Below, piece after piece: positions 43,198 to 53,194 of a stretch of 64,000 bases of DNA. A model generated the notes under the pieces. The model ran no database searches. It worked only from the letters and a program-made list of their open reading frames with translations, and was not told where the DNA came from. How positions within the stretch are numbered: position 1 is the stretch's first letter; each line of letters starts with the position of its first letter. Both the position numbers and the translations under genes were made by a program. Origin of the DNA: Methanotrichaceae archaeon (GTDB lineage Archaea > Halobacteriota > Methanosarcinia > Methanotrichales > Methanotrichaceae); assembly GCA_963803145.1 (NCBI GenBank), contig CAWDLW010000013.1, positions 1 to 64,000 on the forward strand. The letters run 5' to 3'.

Positions 43198-44252
43198 TAA
43201 TCCACTTTCCACCAGCGGTGAGGGAATTTGGTTTTAAGGATCTGGTCTCCTTTGCCAATAGGCTCGAGACCTGCAGCGCGCATATCTGCATCTACCATGA
43301 TCTTCACGAGGTCATTAAACTTAATCTTGGGATTCCAGCCCAGATACGTCTTTGCCTTTTCTGGGTTGGCAATCAAATTATCCACCTCAGAAGGCCTGAA
43401 ATATCTGGGGTCTATCTTTACATGCTCCTGCCAATCAAGGCCCACATAGGAGAATGCCTCCTGCAAAAATTCTCTTACAGAGTGAGACTCGCCCGTTCCT
43501 AGGACGAAATCATCTGGACTGTCCCTTTGAAGCATCTTCCACATATACTCCACATACTCAGGAGAATAGCCCCAATCCCTTCTGGCCTCTAAATTTCCCA
43601 TGTAAAGCTGATTCTGTTTCTTCGCAAGGATGGCAGCAATACCTCTTGTAACTTTTTTGGTGACGAACGTTTCTCCACGTCGAGGAGACTCATGGTTGAA
43701 TAAAATCCCATTGCATGCGAAAAGGTTGTAGCCATCCCGGTAATTCCGGGTCATAAAATAGGCATATACCTTAGCGCAAGCATAGGGGCTTCTTGGGCAG
43801 AAAAGCGTAGTCTCATCCTGTGGCGGCGGAGATGAGCCGAACATCTCGCTGCTTGATGCCTGATAGAACCTTATGCAGTTCCCGCTTCTCTTTATTGCCT
43901 CCAGAATCCTTGTCGTGCCAAGTCCCGTGACACTCCCAGTATATTCAGGGATGTCGAAACTTACACGTACATGACTCTGAGCTCCTAAGTTATAGATCTC
44001 ATCAGGCTTAAGGTTATAGATTATGTTGGAGATCTGCTCCGAATCCGAAAGCTCGCCATAATGCATGAACAGCCTGGCACCTAGTTCATGAGGATCGGAA
44101 TAAATGTGATCTATTCTCTTAGTATTGAAGGTCGAAGCTCTGCGAATAATGCCATGCACTTCATAGCCTTTATCAAGCAAGAACTCGGCCATATACGAGC
44201 CGTCCTGGCCCGTAATTCCTGTGATTAAAGCCCTTTTGGAAATACAATTCAC
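43197..44252 (-). CDS. gmd: GDP-mannose 4,6-dehydratase
   Basis: [51 protein letters not shown]. Confidence 0.95.
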
Positions 44253-44708
44253 CTTCTAGTTTGAGGTAAGCAAATTCTATGATGAGAGCATAAATGTAAT
44301 GCAATCCTCAGTTGGAAGACAATAATATAACTTTTATCACTTCAACCCAACTCGAGCCATTTTGAACAAAGATGGCATCTGCTGTAGAGAATGCATCCTC
44401 TTATCATCGGATCAATTCAGATGTATCCCCCATTTGCCTCTTTGAGCTAATTTGAGCCCAAACCGGTTAAATCAGTCTTTTTCACATAGTTCTATTGATA
44501 TACTTTTATTCTAGCGGTATCTACGTTTTCGCCCATAGGGCTCTTGCTACTCATCTTGTGAACTACCATTTAGGAATAGAAGGGTATAAAAGAGTATCTT
44601 TCGTAGAATTCAATTATAAAAATATATAATTATTGAAAAACTAAGGATTTATAGAACATTTTCTAAGCAATGGCTAATAATCCATTTATGGAGATTAAAT
44701 AAGTCATA

Positions 44709-46163
44709 TTAAATCGATAGTTTTCTAAATGCTTCACGAAAGAACAAAATCTCCTCTTTTTTAAACCCACCTAAGAGCAACAACACTACAAAATATATAA
44801 TGGCACAAACTGAGACCAGGATAACCACCTGTAATAGGCCTACTGGAGTCCATCGGGCAATTACCAGGGACATAACCCCAGAAGCGAATATGCTTTTCAG
44901 CACAAATATTTTGTCCACAGGGAACATGAAGTACTTGAAGGAATAGTATGTAGTTAATATAAAAATAAATGAGAAAGTTGCTAGAGCAGTTGCCGCTGCT
45001 CCGATTATTCCTATATGAGGGACAAGGACAGCATTTAATGTCATATTCAACAGAGCTGCAGTGATCCATATAGCGCTTGTTAGGGGTGTTTTTTTCTTCA
45101 GGAGAATTGTGTTGGACAGGATGACAAGAATTCCTAATAAAAGTGAGCTTATGGCTGTAAATGGCGTTATAAGGTATCCCTGGGAGGCTATTTGCGGGGT
45201 TGACAGCACCGCCAGCATAGGCCTTGACAAAAGAGATAATCCCACGGTAGAAGGTATGGCCACAGCCAGGAAGTACTTCAAAGAATAGCTAAGTACAAAT
45301 TCAACCTGTTTGAGATTATTCAAATCATAATAACGCGATAAGAGAGAAGGAAGAAGGAATGAGAGTGGGGCAGCAAATATATTGATTATATTGCCCAATA
45401 AATATCCTGGCGAATAGAACCCAACAAAGGCTGTTCCTAGAAAGAAGCTGATAAAATAGCGATCACTGGAATTTACCGCCCAGCTGGCAAGGCCTTGAGG
45501 AACAGCGGGCAGGCCAAAGTGGAGTAGCTCTCTGATGTTAAGAAACATTGGCACCTTGATGCCTATCTCGGAAACTATCAGGATGAACATAACGGAAAAT
45601 AGCAGATATCGAGTCAACACAAGGCCAACTGCAGCGCCGTAAATGCCCTGACCTGACAAGACAAAATAAGTAACGAAAATTATACTAATGTATGTGTTTA
45701 TTATCATAAAAAAAGAATGTTTTTTTATCTTCTGAAAAGTTCTAAAAAAATTGAATAGCATTCCGTTTAAGGGTTCAATAAAGAATAACAGGGGCAAAAG
45801 CCTTGTCACTGCCAGATTGTTGTTGAACAATGTTTTAGCTATAGGCACTGAGAATAGAAAAACAGCCAGTGAAGAAATCATAGCAGTGAAGATGGTTATA
45901 ACAAAAATGGAATAGAAATCCTCCAGAACACGCTCTTTACTTTTCTCAGATGCAAGAAATCTGATCATAGAGGCGGTCAGGCCGAGCTGTACAACTGTAG
46001 ATATCAATCCTATCGTAACGTTGATTTGAGCCCATATTCCATAATCGCTTGCGGGAACATTTTTTGTTAAAATGGGCACTAGGAGAATACCGCTGAAGCT
46101 TGAGAGGAGATTTGTTACACCAACTAGACCGATTCTTTGCGCAAAGAGCCTGTATTCAATCAT
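44709..46163 (-). CDS. Wzx/MOP-family oligosaccharide flippase
   Basis: About 14 hydrophobic segments, DYGIW..LGL, SDRYFI, LVPHIGIIGAAAT; visibly AT-rich. Confidence 0.85.
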   Translation of the reverse strand: MIEYRLFAQRIGLVGVTNLLSSFSGILLVPILTKNVPASDYGIWAQINVTIGLISTVVQLGLTASMIRFLASEKSKERVLEDFYSIFVITIFTAMISSLAVFLFSVPIAKTLFNNNLAVTRLLPLLFFIEPLNGMLFNFFRTFQKIKKHSFFMIINTYISIIFVTYFVLSGQGIYGAAVGLVLTRYLLFSVMFILIVSEIGIKVPMFLNIRELLHFGLPAVPQGLASWAVNSSDRYFISFFLGTAFVGFYSPGYLLGNIINIFAAPLSFLLPSLLSRYYDLNNLKQVEFVLSYSLKYFLAVAIPSTVGLSLLSRPMLAVLSTPQIASQGYLITPFTAISSLLLGILVILSNTILLKKKTPLTSAIWITAALLNMTLNAVLVPHIGIIGAAATALATFSFIFILTTYYSFKYFMFPVDKIFVLKSIFASGVMSLVIARWTPVGLLQVVILVSVCAIIYFVVLLLLGGFKKEEILFFREAFRKLSI

Positions 46164-46204
46164 AATTGATTTCTATTGGCATTTAGGAGAGAAGACGGAA
46201 TTCA

Positions 46205-47389
46205 TCAGGGCCCAAGATAAATTATATCCATATTCTCTGTGCCCAAAATCAACTTTCTAAGCTCCTCGCAATTTATGGGCCGCTTGAATTCACTGCACAT
46301 CTTAACGCGCTCAGCTAAATCACAGAGTTCGTTCTCCTTAAGGTGATATCCCATGCGCTCTGTGATATACTTCAGTGCCTTTGCGCCAGTGTGCTTGCCT
46401 ATAATTATATGCCTGGCTGCGCCAACCATTTCTGGTGAATAGAGCTCATATGTCCTCGGCTCTTCAAGGACGGCTGCAACATGAATTCCCGACTCGTGGG
46501 CAAAGGCGTTTGCGCCGACGACTGCCTTATTCTTGGAGACAGATATGCCTGAATAGGACTCGACAAGCTTGGAGATATCTTTCAGCTTGGAGAGGTCATA
46601 GCGATCGATGCCATGATGCACCCTCAAAGCCATCAGCAGCTCCTCCAGTGGAGTGTTGCCGCTGCGTTCACCAATCCCGTTAACTGTAGTATGAAGCTGC
46701 TTAGCGCCCGCCTCAGCGCCCGCAAGCGTGTTTGCAAGCGCCATGCCAAGATCATCGTGGCAATGCATGCATATAGGGATTTTCACGACTTTCTTTATCT
46801 CACTGATCATGAAGTACGTAGTGCGCGGGTTCATTATGCCGACAGTATCGGCCATGCTTATGTAGTCAGCATGATATTCCTCGGCCTTTTTATAGAGCTT
46901 CTTTAGGATATCGAAGTCTGTACGCGTGGCATCCTCTGCAGAAAATCTGACTATTAAACCATGGTCTTTAGCGTACTCCACAGTGTCCAGAGCGCAGCGT
47001 ATAGCCTCAGGACAGCTCATATGGAGCTTATGCTTTAAATGAAGCTCTGATGCTGCAATAAATATACTTATCATATCCACGCCGCAATCCAAGGCAGCAT
47101 CTACATCGCCTTTAACAGACCTGGAGAGCGCAGATATTTTTGCGTTCAATTCCAGATCACAAACTTCTTTTACGGCGTTCTTCTCAGCAGCTGAGACCAC
47201 GGGAAAACCAGCCTCGATAACCTCGATGCCTATCTCATCCAGCCGCAAAGCTATGTCCAGCTTCTCATCTGCACGAAAGACTACACCTGGCATTTGCTCG
47301 CCATCGCGAAGGGTCACATCGCATATCTCGATATCGAGCGGAGGTGTCCCGGCCAGCGCCAGAAATTGGTTCAGAGAGTAGTCTTGCAT
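46205..47389 (-). CDS. aksA: Homocitrate synthase family enzyme (coenzyme B precursor; AksA-like)
   Basis: DVTLRDGEQ, FSAED, ADTVG, HCHDDLG, NGIGERSGN, AFAHESGIH; lacks the LeuA regulatory domain. Confidence 0.78.
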   Translation of the reverse strand: MQDYSLNQFLALAGTPPLDIEICDVTLRDGEQMPGVVFRADEKLDIALRLDEIGIEVIEAGFPVVSAAEKNAVKEVCDLELNAKISALSRSVKGDVDAALDCGVDMISIFIAASELHLKHKLHMSCPEAIRCALDTVEYAKDHGLIVRFSAEDATRTDFDILKKLYKKAEEYHADYISMADTVGIMNPRTTYFMISEIKKVVKIPICMHCHDDLGMALANTLAGAEAGAKQLHTTVNGIGERSGNTPLEELLMALRVHHGIDRYDLSKLKDISKLVESYSGISVSKNKAVVGANAFAHESGIHVAAVLEEPRTYELYSPEMVGAARHIIIGKHTGAKALKYITERMGYHLKENELCDLAERVKMCSEFKRPINCEELRKLILGTENMDIIYLGP

Positions 47390-47523
47390 CGCAAGTAAAT
47401 GATGATTCATTACATAAATCGGTTTCGAAGGAAGTATATTTCCGGCAGACAGTATCAGAAATGCCTGCTCAAATTTGTAATGGAACTGGCCATCATAATA
47501 GTATTACTGCGACGTAGTTGCTG

Positions 47524-48084
47524 TTATAAATCGATAAACTTTTTTAAAATCCACCTATTCCTCACCTCGGGATGGAAAATTATGCCATAAATGGGTCTTG
47601 AGCAATGTCTGAAGGCATCAATGCTGTCTCGCATCCCTGCTACTATTTGAAATCCCTCCGGCAATGTCACGCCATAATTATGGAGATGGTAGCCTTCGAT
47701 TTCTCTAGGTACCCCTAACAGAGGGGTTTCTAAGACTATGTTTATCTTCTCAAGCCCAATAGCCGGCCTCGGAACTATGCGCCCTCCAGAGACTGCGCCT
47801 ATGACCTGCATCCCTGCGCAGATTCCTAAGACAGGCCTTTTCCATTGCTTTATCCAAGAAAAAGACTCAAGACAATCGGCATAGGCATTATCCTTCAGAG
47901 CAGTGCCGCATAGGATCGTTTTATCTGAGCATGTTAGCAGATCATCTGAGATCTCAGTGAAATGAACTATTTTTGCCTGCGCTTCTGCGCGCTTAAGCGT
48001 ATCAGCAATAGGATACACGAACTCATATTTGGAGAGCGAATCCTCCTCGTGGCACAGGTCGACGAGCAATACCTTTTGGGTCAT
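47524..48084 (-). CDS. Class I glutamine amidotransferase (glutaminase subunit)
   Basis: PVLGICAGMQ and FHPE catalytic triad; ATGA overlap with the upstream Dph6-like gene. Confidence 0.82.
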   Translation of the reverse strand: MTQKVLLVDLCHEEDSLSKYEFVYPIADTLKRAEAQAKIVHFTEISDDLLTCSDKTILCGTALKDNAYADCLESFSWIKQWKRPVLGICAGMQVIGAVSGGRIVPRPAIGLEKINIVLETPLLGVPREIEGYHLHNYGVTLPEGFQIVAGMRDSIDAFRHCSRPIYGIIFHPEVRNRWILKKFIDL

Positions 48085-48761
48085 TTATTTACTAATCTTG
48101 CCTCCTCGATGATGTATTGCCCTCGATAGTTCTCATAGGTTTTCGATGCCTTCAATATCTCTATACGCTTACTGAACATAGGTCCATCCAGGACAAAGGT
48201 CTCAAGCTCGCCACCTTCGCCTGTAGGGTTTATCTTATATTTCCTCTGTAGCTGCTCCAGTGCCTGTATGCGCTCCTCAGTTATCATAGCTCCGACCCAT
48301 GATTCATCGAAGGGATATGCGAAGACGCCTGAGATTATGATTTCAAAGCCTTTTGATAATAGTAATCGCAAGTAATCTATCTGGTTTATCTGCCATAATG
48401 GATTTAGACACCATAAATCCATGTCTCGGCATATCCTCTGCACACGCGATGCCTGGTAGACAGATTCAATTGCACCAGTGACAATGCCCTCAATGCGGAA
48501 CCGGTCCCTGGCAGCAGCAATTGCAGATTTCAGATCCACGAGTTCTGTCTCCTTTTGACCAACAGTATGCTGGACGAGTAATGGTATCCCAATAGCTTCT
48601 GCCTGAATATCAGTATGCCTGATGTTGGGAGTGTGGAACATATAGCTCTCATCATTCTCGGATATTAGGGTGATTAAGCATGCTACAGAGTTCTTTTCCA
48701 TGGCGCGATAGCATGCGAAGCTCGAGTCCTTGCCACCCGAGAAGAGCACGCCTAGCCTCAT
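48081..48761 (-). CDS. Diphthine--ammonia ligase family (Dph6/DUF71) PP-loop ATPase
   Basis: LFSGGKDS, SYMFH, GAIESVYQ, PLW, GEGGE.ETFVLDGPMF; start at MRLGVLF. Confidence 0.88.
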   Translation of the reverse strand: MRLGVLFSGGKDSSFACYRAMEKNSVACLITLISENDESYMFHTPNIRHTDIQAEAIGIPLLVQHTVGQKETELVDLKSAIAAARDRFRIEGIVTGAIESVYQASRVQRICRDMDLWCLNPLWQINQIDYLRLLLSKGFEIIISGVFAYPFDESWVGAMITEERIQALEQLQRKYKINPTGEGGELETFVLDGPMFSKRIEILKASKTYENYRGQYIIEEARLVNK

Positions 48762-48902
48762 AGAGAGAACTGCAAAGCCGATGTTTAAAAAGATTTTGTA
48801 GACCGATTTATAGATAGATAAGCATATGCTAAGTTTACAGGCATTTTCTGGCTTAAATGTGTTATCCAAAATTTTAAATAGCTTGCATGAGCAGTATTGA
48901 AT

Positions 48903-48998
48903 ATGAAACTGAAGCTAGTATTGTTAGCGGTAGTCGGTTTATTGGCATATCATTGGATTAAAAATAAGTGCCCTATTTGCCAATATATGAAAAAGTAA
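48903..48998 (+). CDS. Candidate 31-aa membrane microprotein with a CxxC motif (absent from ORF track)
   Basis: MKLKLVLLAVVGLLAYHWIKNKCPICQYMKK; TTTAAATA-like box about 25 nt upstream suggests a leaderless start. Confidence 0.5.
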   Translation: MKLKLVLLAVVGLLAYHWIKNKCPICQYMKK

Positions 48999-49082
48999 TT
49001 TCCAATATCACTTAAACAGCCCTAGACTGTTTTCTGCCTGGGACTTATCTTTTATTTAAAGTTGAAAGATTTAGGAGTATTC

Positions 49083-49574
49083 ATGAGCGAAGAAGAAAGA
49101 AAGAACCAAGCAAAAATTATTATTCATGCTGCTGCAGCTGCATCTGCAGGCACAGCGGCTGTTCTATCCAAAAAGAGCATTTTAGGAGCATTTCTGAAGG
49201 CGGACACGCCTGTTCTGACAGCAATCGCTGTAGGAATGGTATTAGCTCTGGGAAAGCTCTTTGATCCAGATATGGGAAGTTCGACAGCAGTTACCTTATT
49301 GACCAAATATATTGGGTCAGGTGTGGAGATAGCTGGTGCAAAAAGTCTTGTTGGCTGGATTCCGCTTCTTGGAAATGCAGCCAATGCCACAATCACATTC
49401 GGGTTTATGGAAGCACTGGGATGGAAAATATATAGCCACTTTGATGAAACATATAACGATAAAGCCGCTGAACCTATTAAGGCTCCCAAACTTTGGAACA
49501 TCCCTGTTACCAAAAAGATCTTAATTACTGAAGATACGCCAAAGTCGGTTACTAAAAAGATTCCAATAACCTGA
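49083..49574 (+). CDS. DUF697-like membrane-associated protein
   Basis: IIHAAAAASA, AD...LTAI..GMV..LGKLF, LVGWIPLLGNAANA...EALGW; GGAG RBS. Confidence 0.65.
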   Translation: MSEEERKNQAKIIIHAAAAASAGTAAVLSKKSILGAFLKADTPVLTAIAVGMVLALGKLFDPDMGSSTAVTLLTKYIGSGVEIAGAKSLVGWIPLLGNAANATITFGFMEALGWKIYSHFDETYNDKAAEPIKAPKLWNIPVTKKILITEDTPKSVTKKIPIT

Positions 49575-49631
49575 TTGAGAGGGCATCGAATATATTAGCA
49601 ATAATCAGAATGTGAGCTATTAAAGGATTGA

Positions 49632-49685
49632 AGGGTATGCCATATCGGATATTGCCATATCAGATGGTATCTGATGGCATACCTT
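49632..49685. repeat. Nested direct and inverted repeat element
   Basis: GGTATGCCAT/ATGGCATACC perfect inverted repeat enclosing TGCCATATCRGAT x2 and an ATCAGAT-ggt-ATCTGAT hairpin. Confidence 0.75.
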
Positions 49686-49815
49686 AAAGATTCGACACTG
49701 TTCATTCATCATATTTTATATTATTATTCATAAATTTATAGTATATAAGCCTGAACATCCATTAAACTTGATGAAAGATAATGTTATATGCACAAAACGA
49801 ATGCATGTTGAATCC

Positions 49816-51525
49816 ATGCCAGGTAAAGTATCCAACAGCTATGCATTCCAGGGCTCTGAAAAACCGCTCATTGGAAAGACAATTGGAGAAACATTTGATG
49901 AAATAGCAGAGAAATACCCTGACAACGATGCAATTGTATCAATTCACCAGAACCAACGATTCACCTATCGCGAGCTGGAAGATGCGGTCAACCGCACAGC
50001 AAAAGGTTTTATCGGAATTGGGCTAAAGAAAGGCGACCGTCTGGCAATTTGGGCCACGAATATTGCCGAATGGATCATCACTCAGATTGCATCCGCAAAA
50101 GTAGGCATCATCCTGGTAAACATTAATCCCGCTTACAGAACCCACGAGCTTGAGTATGCCCTGCGTCAATCGGAGGCTCAGGCATTGCTGCTTATAGATA
50201 AGTTCAAAACCTCGGATTATGTTCAAATGCTCAATGAGGTCTGCCCTGAGATAAGAACAAGCAAGCCAGGCCAGATACACTCTGAGAAGTTGCCCTTCTT
50301 GAGAACAGCGGTCTTGATCCGCGGCGACAAGCAGCCAGGCATGTACTCATGGGATGAGGTTCTGAAAATAGGCGATCAAATAGATGATGAATTGTTAACT
50401 GAACGAAAGGATGCACTTGATTTCGATGACCCCATCAACATCCAGTACACTTCGGGCACTACAGGCTTTCCAAAAGGCGTTGTCCTGACACATCACAACC
50501 TTGTGAATAATGGCTATTTCATCGGAGAGTGCATGAAGTTCAGTGAGAAAGATCGGCTTTGTATACCAGTGCCATTCTATCACTGCTTCGGCATGGTGCT
50601 TTCAAACATGGCATGTTTGACCCATGGTGCCGCAATGGTTCTCCCGGCGGAGTACTTCGATCCTGTATCAACCATGGCAGCAGTCGAAAAGGAACGATGC
50701 ACTGCTCTCCATGGCGTGCCCACAATGTTCATAGCCGAACTTGAGCATCCGGAATTCAATAAATTTGATTTCAGATCGCTGCGAACGGGCATTATGGCCG
50801 GCTCGCCATGCCCCATTGAGTTCATGAAGAAGGTCAGCACCCTCATGAATATGCAGGAGGTTGTCATAACCTACGGTCAGACCGAGGCATCTCCTGGCAT
50901 CACCATGTCCTCAACAGAGGACCCTATGGAGCGCAGGGTCTCTACAGTGGGCAAGCCCATGCCTCACACTGAAATGAAGATTGTAGACCCCAAGAACGGC
51001 AAAATGGTTCCACGAGGCGAGACAGGAGAGATATGTGCTCGAGGATATGCGATCATGCGCTGCTACTACAATAATCCTGTTGCAACAGAAGGCGCGGTGG
51101 ACAAGGAAGGTTGGTTGCACACCGGAGATCTAGGTGTCCTTGATGAAGAAGACTACTGCAAAATAACAGGCAGGCTGAAGGATATGGTGATCAGGGGAGG
51201 CGAGAACGTCTACCCTAGGGAAATCGAGGAGTTTCTCTACACTCATCCAGCCATAAGCGATGTACAGGTCATAGGAGTGCCTGATATAAAATATGGCGAA
51301 GAGCTGATGGCATGGGTTAAGCTTAAGGAAGGCCAAAGCGTGAAGCCTGAGGATATTAAAGCCTTCTGCAAGGGAAAAATCGCGCACTACAAGGTCCCCA
51401 GGTACATCAAGTTCGTCGACTCCTTCCCAATGACCATTACAGGCAAGATCCAGAAGTACAAGATGAGAGAGGAATCCATCAAGGAGTTGGGCCTGGAACA
51501 AGTGGCCAAGATGAAAACAGCTTGA
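49816..51525 (+). CDS. AMP-forming acyl-CoA synthetase (ACSF2/FACL-like)
   Basis: QYTSGTTGFPKG, PFYHCFG, YGQTEASP, WLHTGDLG, GRLKDMVIRGGENVYP, TGKIQK; start uncertain (ORF open from 49768). Confidence 0.9.
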   Translation: MPGKVSNSYAFQGSEKPLIGKTIGETFDEIAEKYPDNDAIVSIHQNQRFTYRELEDAVNRTAKGFIGIGLKKGDRLAIWATNIAEWIITQIASAKVGIILVNINPAYRTHELEYALRQSEAQALLLIDKFKTSDYVQMLNEVCPEIRTSKPGQIHSEKLPFLRTAVLIRGDKQPGMYSWDEVLKIGDQIDDELLTERKDALDFDDPINIQYTSGTTGFPKGVVLTHHNLVNNGYFIGECMKFSEKDRLCIPVPFYHCFGMVLSNMACLTHGAAMVLPAEYFDPVSTMAAVEKERCTALHGVPTMFIAELEHPEFNKFDFRSLRTGIMAGSPCPIEFMKKVSTLMNMQEVVITYGQTEASPGITMSSTEDPMERRVSTVGKPMPHTEMKIVDPKNGKMVPRGETGEICARGYAIMRCYYNNPVATEGAVDKEGWLHTGDLGVLDEEDYCKITGRLKDMVIRGGENVYPREIEEFLYTHPAISDVQVIGVPDIKYGEELMAWVKLKEGQSVKPEDIKAFCKGKIAHYKVPRYIKFVDSFPMTITGKIQKYKMREESIKELGLEQVAKMKTA

Positions 51526-51544
51526 TTATGATTTGACTCTGTTG

Positions 51545-51585
51545 GATCAAGGCCCTTCGACGCCTAAGGAAAGAAGGGTTTGATC
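51545..51585. terminator. Hairpin between convergent genes
   Basis: GATCAAgGCCCTTC ... GAAGGGTTTGATC followed by T-rich sequence. Confidence 0.55.
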
Positions 51586-51643
51586 TTTCAATATTTTGTT
51601 TCATTCAGATTCATAAAACCACTCATATTAAAATTCAGGATAC

Positions 51644-52357
51644 TCAAACGCTCAAAATAGTTAGAGCGAAAGAAGCTAGTACAGTTATATTTATCACCGA
51701 TATAGCCACCTGAATAAGCATCAACAGTTTTGCTCTTTGCGATAGTGGCAAGGTATCCGTAGGCCCGAAGGTGAAGGTAGTGCTGAAGGCCAAAAACAAG
51801 TAGTCAAAATACTCTGGAGCCCAATTGGCGAACTGAGGAATCGCAGATGTCCTTTGGGGAAAAAGGAAATCCCAGGGCTCCGATTCCCTGGAAGTCCATC
51901 TCCTCAGATTGGGGCAATCTATGATCCAATACCACATGGAAAAGATAAGAATGTTGATTGTCATTACCAGAAATGTATCCCTTATCAACTGATTTAGATG
52001 TGATGAATTTTCGGCACTTAGATTGGTTGTCAAGAGCACCGTGCTGATGAACAACTCCAAAGTCAGCAGCCCATTTATAGCGACTATCAGCTTGCTGAAG
52101 TATTTAGTCATCCCCAGGAACCAGAAGATCACAATTGGCAGAAAAATAACTTGCTTTATCAGACTCCAAATCAAATTCTCAGATTGCAAGATCCAGGGGA
52201 ATGCGTGCATTACCAGCAGGTGGGCCGTAGAAGTATCTGCAGAGAGAGAATTTTGCATAAAGAGAACTGCTAAAATCATTAAGATAGCCAGCGTCTCGGC
52301 TCTTATTGAGTAACTAGACAGGCCCTTCATGCTCTCACTAGGCTCGGGATAGCGCAT
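51644..52357 (-). CDS. DUF1345-like membrane protein
   Basis: Multiple TM segments, FSMWYW, DFLFPQ, P.YFDYLFLAFST...FGPTDTLPLS.RAK. Confidence 0.7.
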   Translation of the reverse strand: MRYPEPSESMKGLSSYSIRAETLAILMILAVLFMQNSLSADTSTAHLLVMHAFPWILQSENLIWSLIKQVIFLPIVIFWFLGMTKYFSKLIVAINGLLTLELFISTVLLTTNLSAENSSHLNQLIRDTFLVMTINILIFSMWYWIIDCPNLRRWTSRESEPWDFLFPQRTSAIPQFANWAPEYFDYLFLAFSTTFTFGPTDTLPLSQRAKLLMLIQVAISVINITVLASFALTILSV

Positions 52358-52423
52358 AGTAATTGATTAATCTTTCTGCCGTGAAACAAACACTTTAAAT
52401 AAAATGCGATAAGAGATGAAATC

Positions 52424-52681
52424 ATGGCAATGGATGATACTGAGAAGAGATTGAAAGAGCTTTTATCGAAGGGTGCCTCTGAGGAAGAGATGTTGAAGCA
52501 GCTTAGCTTAGCCGAAGGCTGTGGCCTCAAAATCTGGTGTCAGGAGCAGATTGTCCCGGCATCAGGCAAGAAGATCCACCGCTGGTGCGGCTATGTCAAG
52601 AGGTGCGATGATCCTGCTGAGAACGTCGTAGAGCCGATATACGGCGCATGGATAGACGGCGAGTGTGCTGGAAAGGAGTAA
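52424..52681 (+). CDS. Small hypothetical protein with five Cys
   Basis: 85 aa, host-like codon usage, TTTAAATA box upstream. Confidence 0.65.
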   Translation: MAMDDTEKRLKELLSKGASEEEMLKQLSLAEGCGLKIWCQEQIVPASGKKIHRWCGYVKRCDDPAENVVEPIYGAWIDGECAGKE

Positions 52682-52742
52682 AAGCTCTACTACTAAGTAT
52701 AAAATTAGATTAAGGTAGTATCAATAAATTACCATAAAATAA

Positions 52743-52952
52743 TTAATCTACCTTTGGAGCCACTCCTGCAAGGCCGATTAAACAGGCAAGGCAAGCCAGC
52801 AGATTGATCAGACTACCTGTTACCAGCGCCGCAATAAAGTTCAATGCCGCTGCAATTAGTATAGACCATATTGCCCAATGAACATTTTGTATTGAATTTT
52901 GTGCATTACCCATGCTCAGCTTCATTATCCCCACCTGACCAACGGTTCCCAT
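52743..52952 (-). CDS. Small hydrophobic hypothetical protein
   Basis: C-terminal two-helix hydrophobic stretch; GGAG before MGTVGQ; start uncertain. Confidence 0.45.
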   Translation of the reverse strand: MGTVGQVGIMKLSMGNAQNSIQNVHWAIWSILIAAALNFIAALVTGSLINLLACLACLIGLAGVAPKVD

Positions 52953-53194
52953 ATTGGCTCCGCGATCCTCATTAGCGTTATGATTTATTGTGAGATACAC
53001 TATTCGGTTATAGTGCCGGGGATAAATGTCCTTCGGCCCGATCGGTCATTGGTCCAGTAGATCCTAGTAATAATCGCCTCTTGTAAATTACAATGCCGTA
53101 TTGAGCTTAAATTGCAATATCTGGAAGCTTTGAGACAATTTGCTAAAGAAAAAGGCCATAATGCTAGCAAAATAAAATTGGCGCTCTTGTGAGG

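Noticed and set aside
44253-44708. Short minus-strand ORF fragments between the flippase and gmd
   Set aside because: No recognisable homology by eye; a pseudogene call cannot be supported
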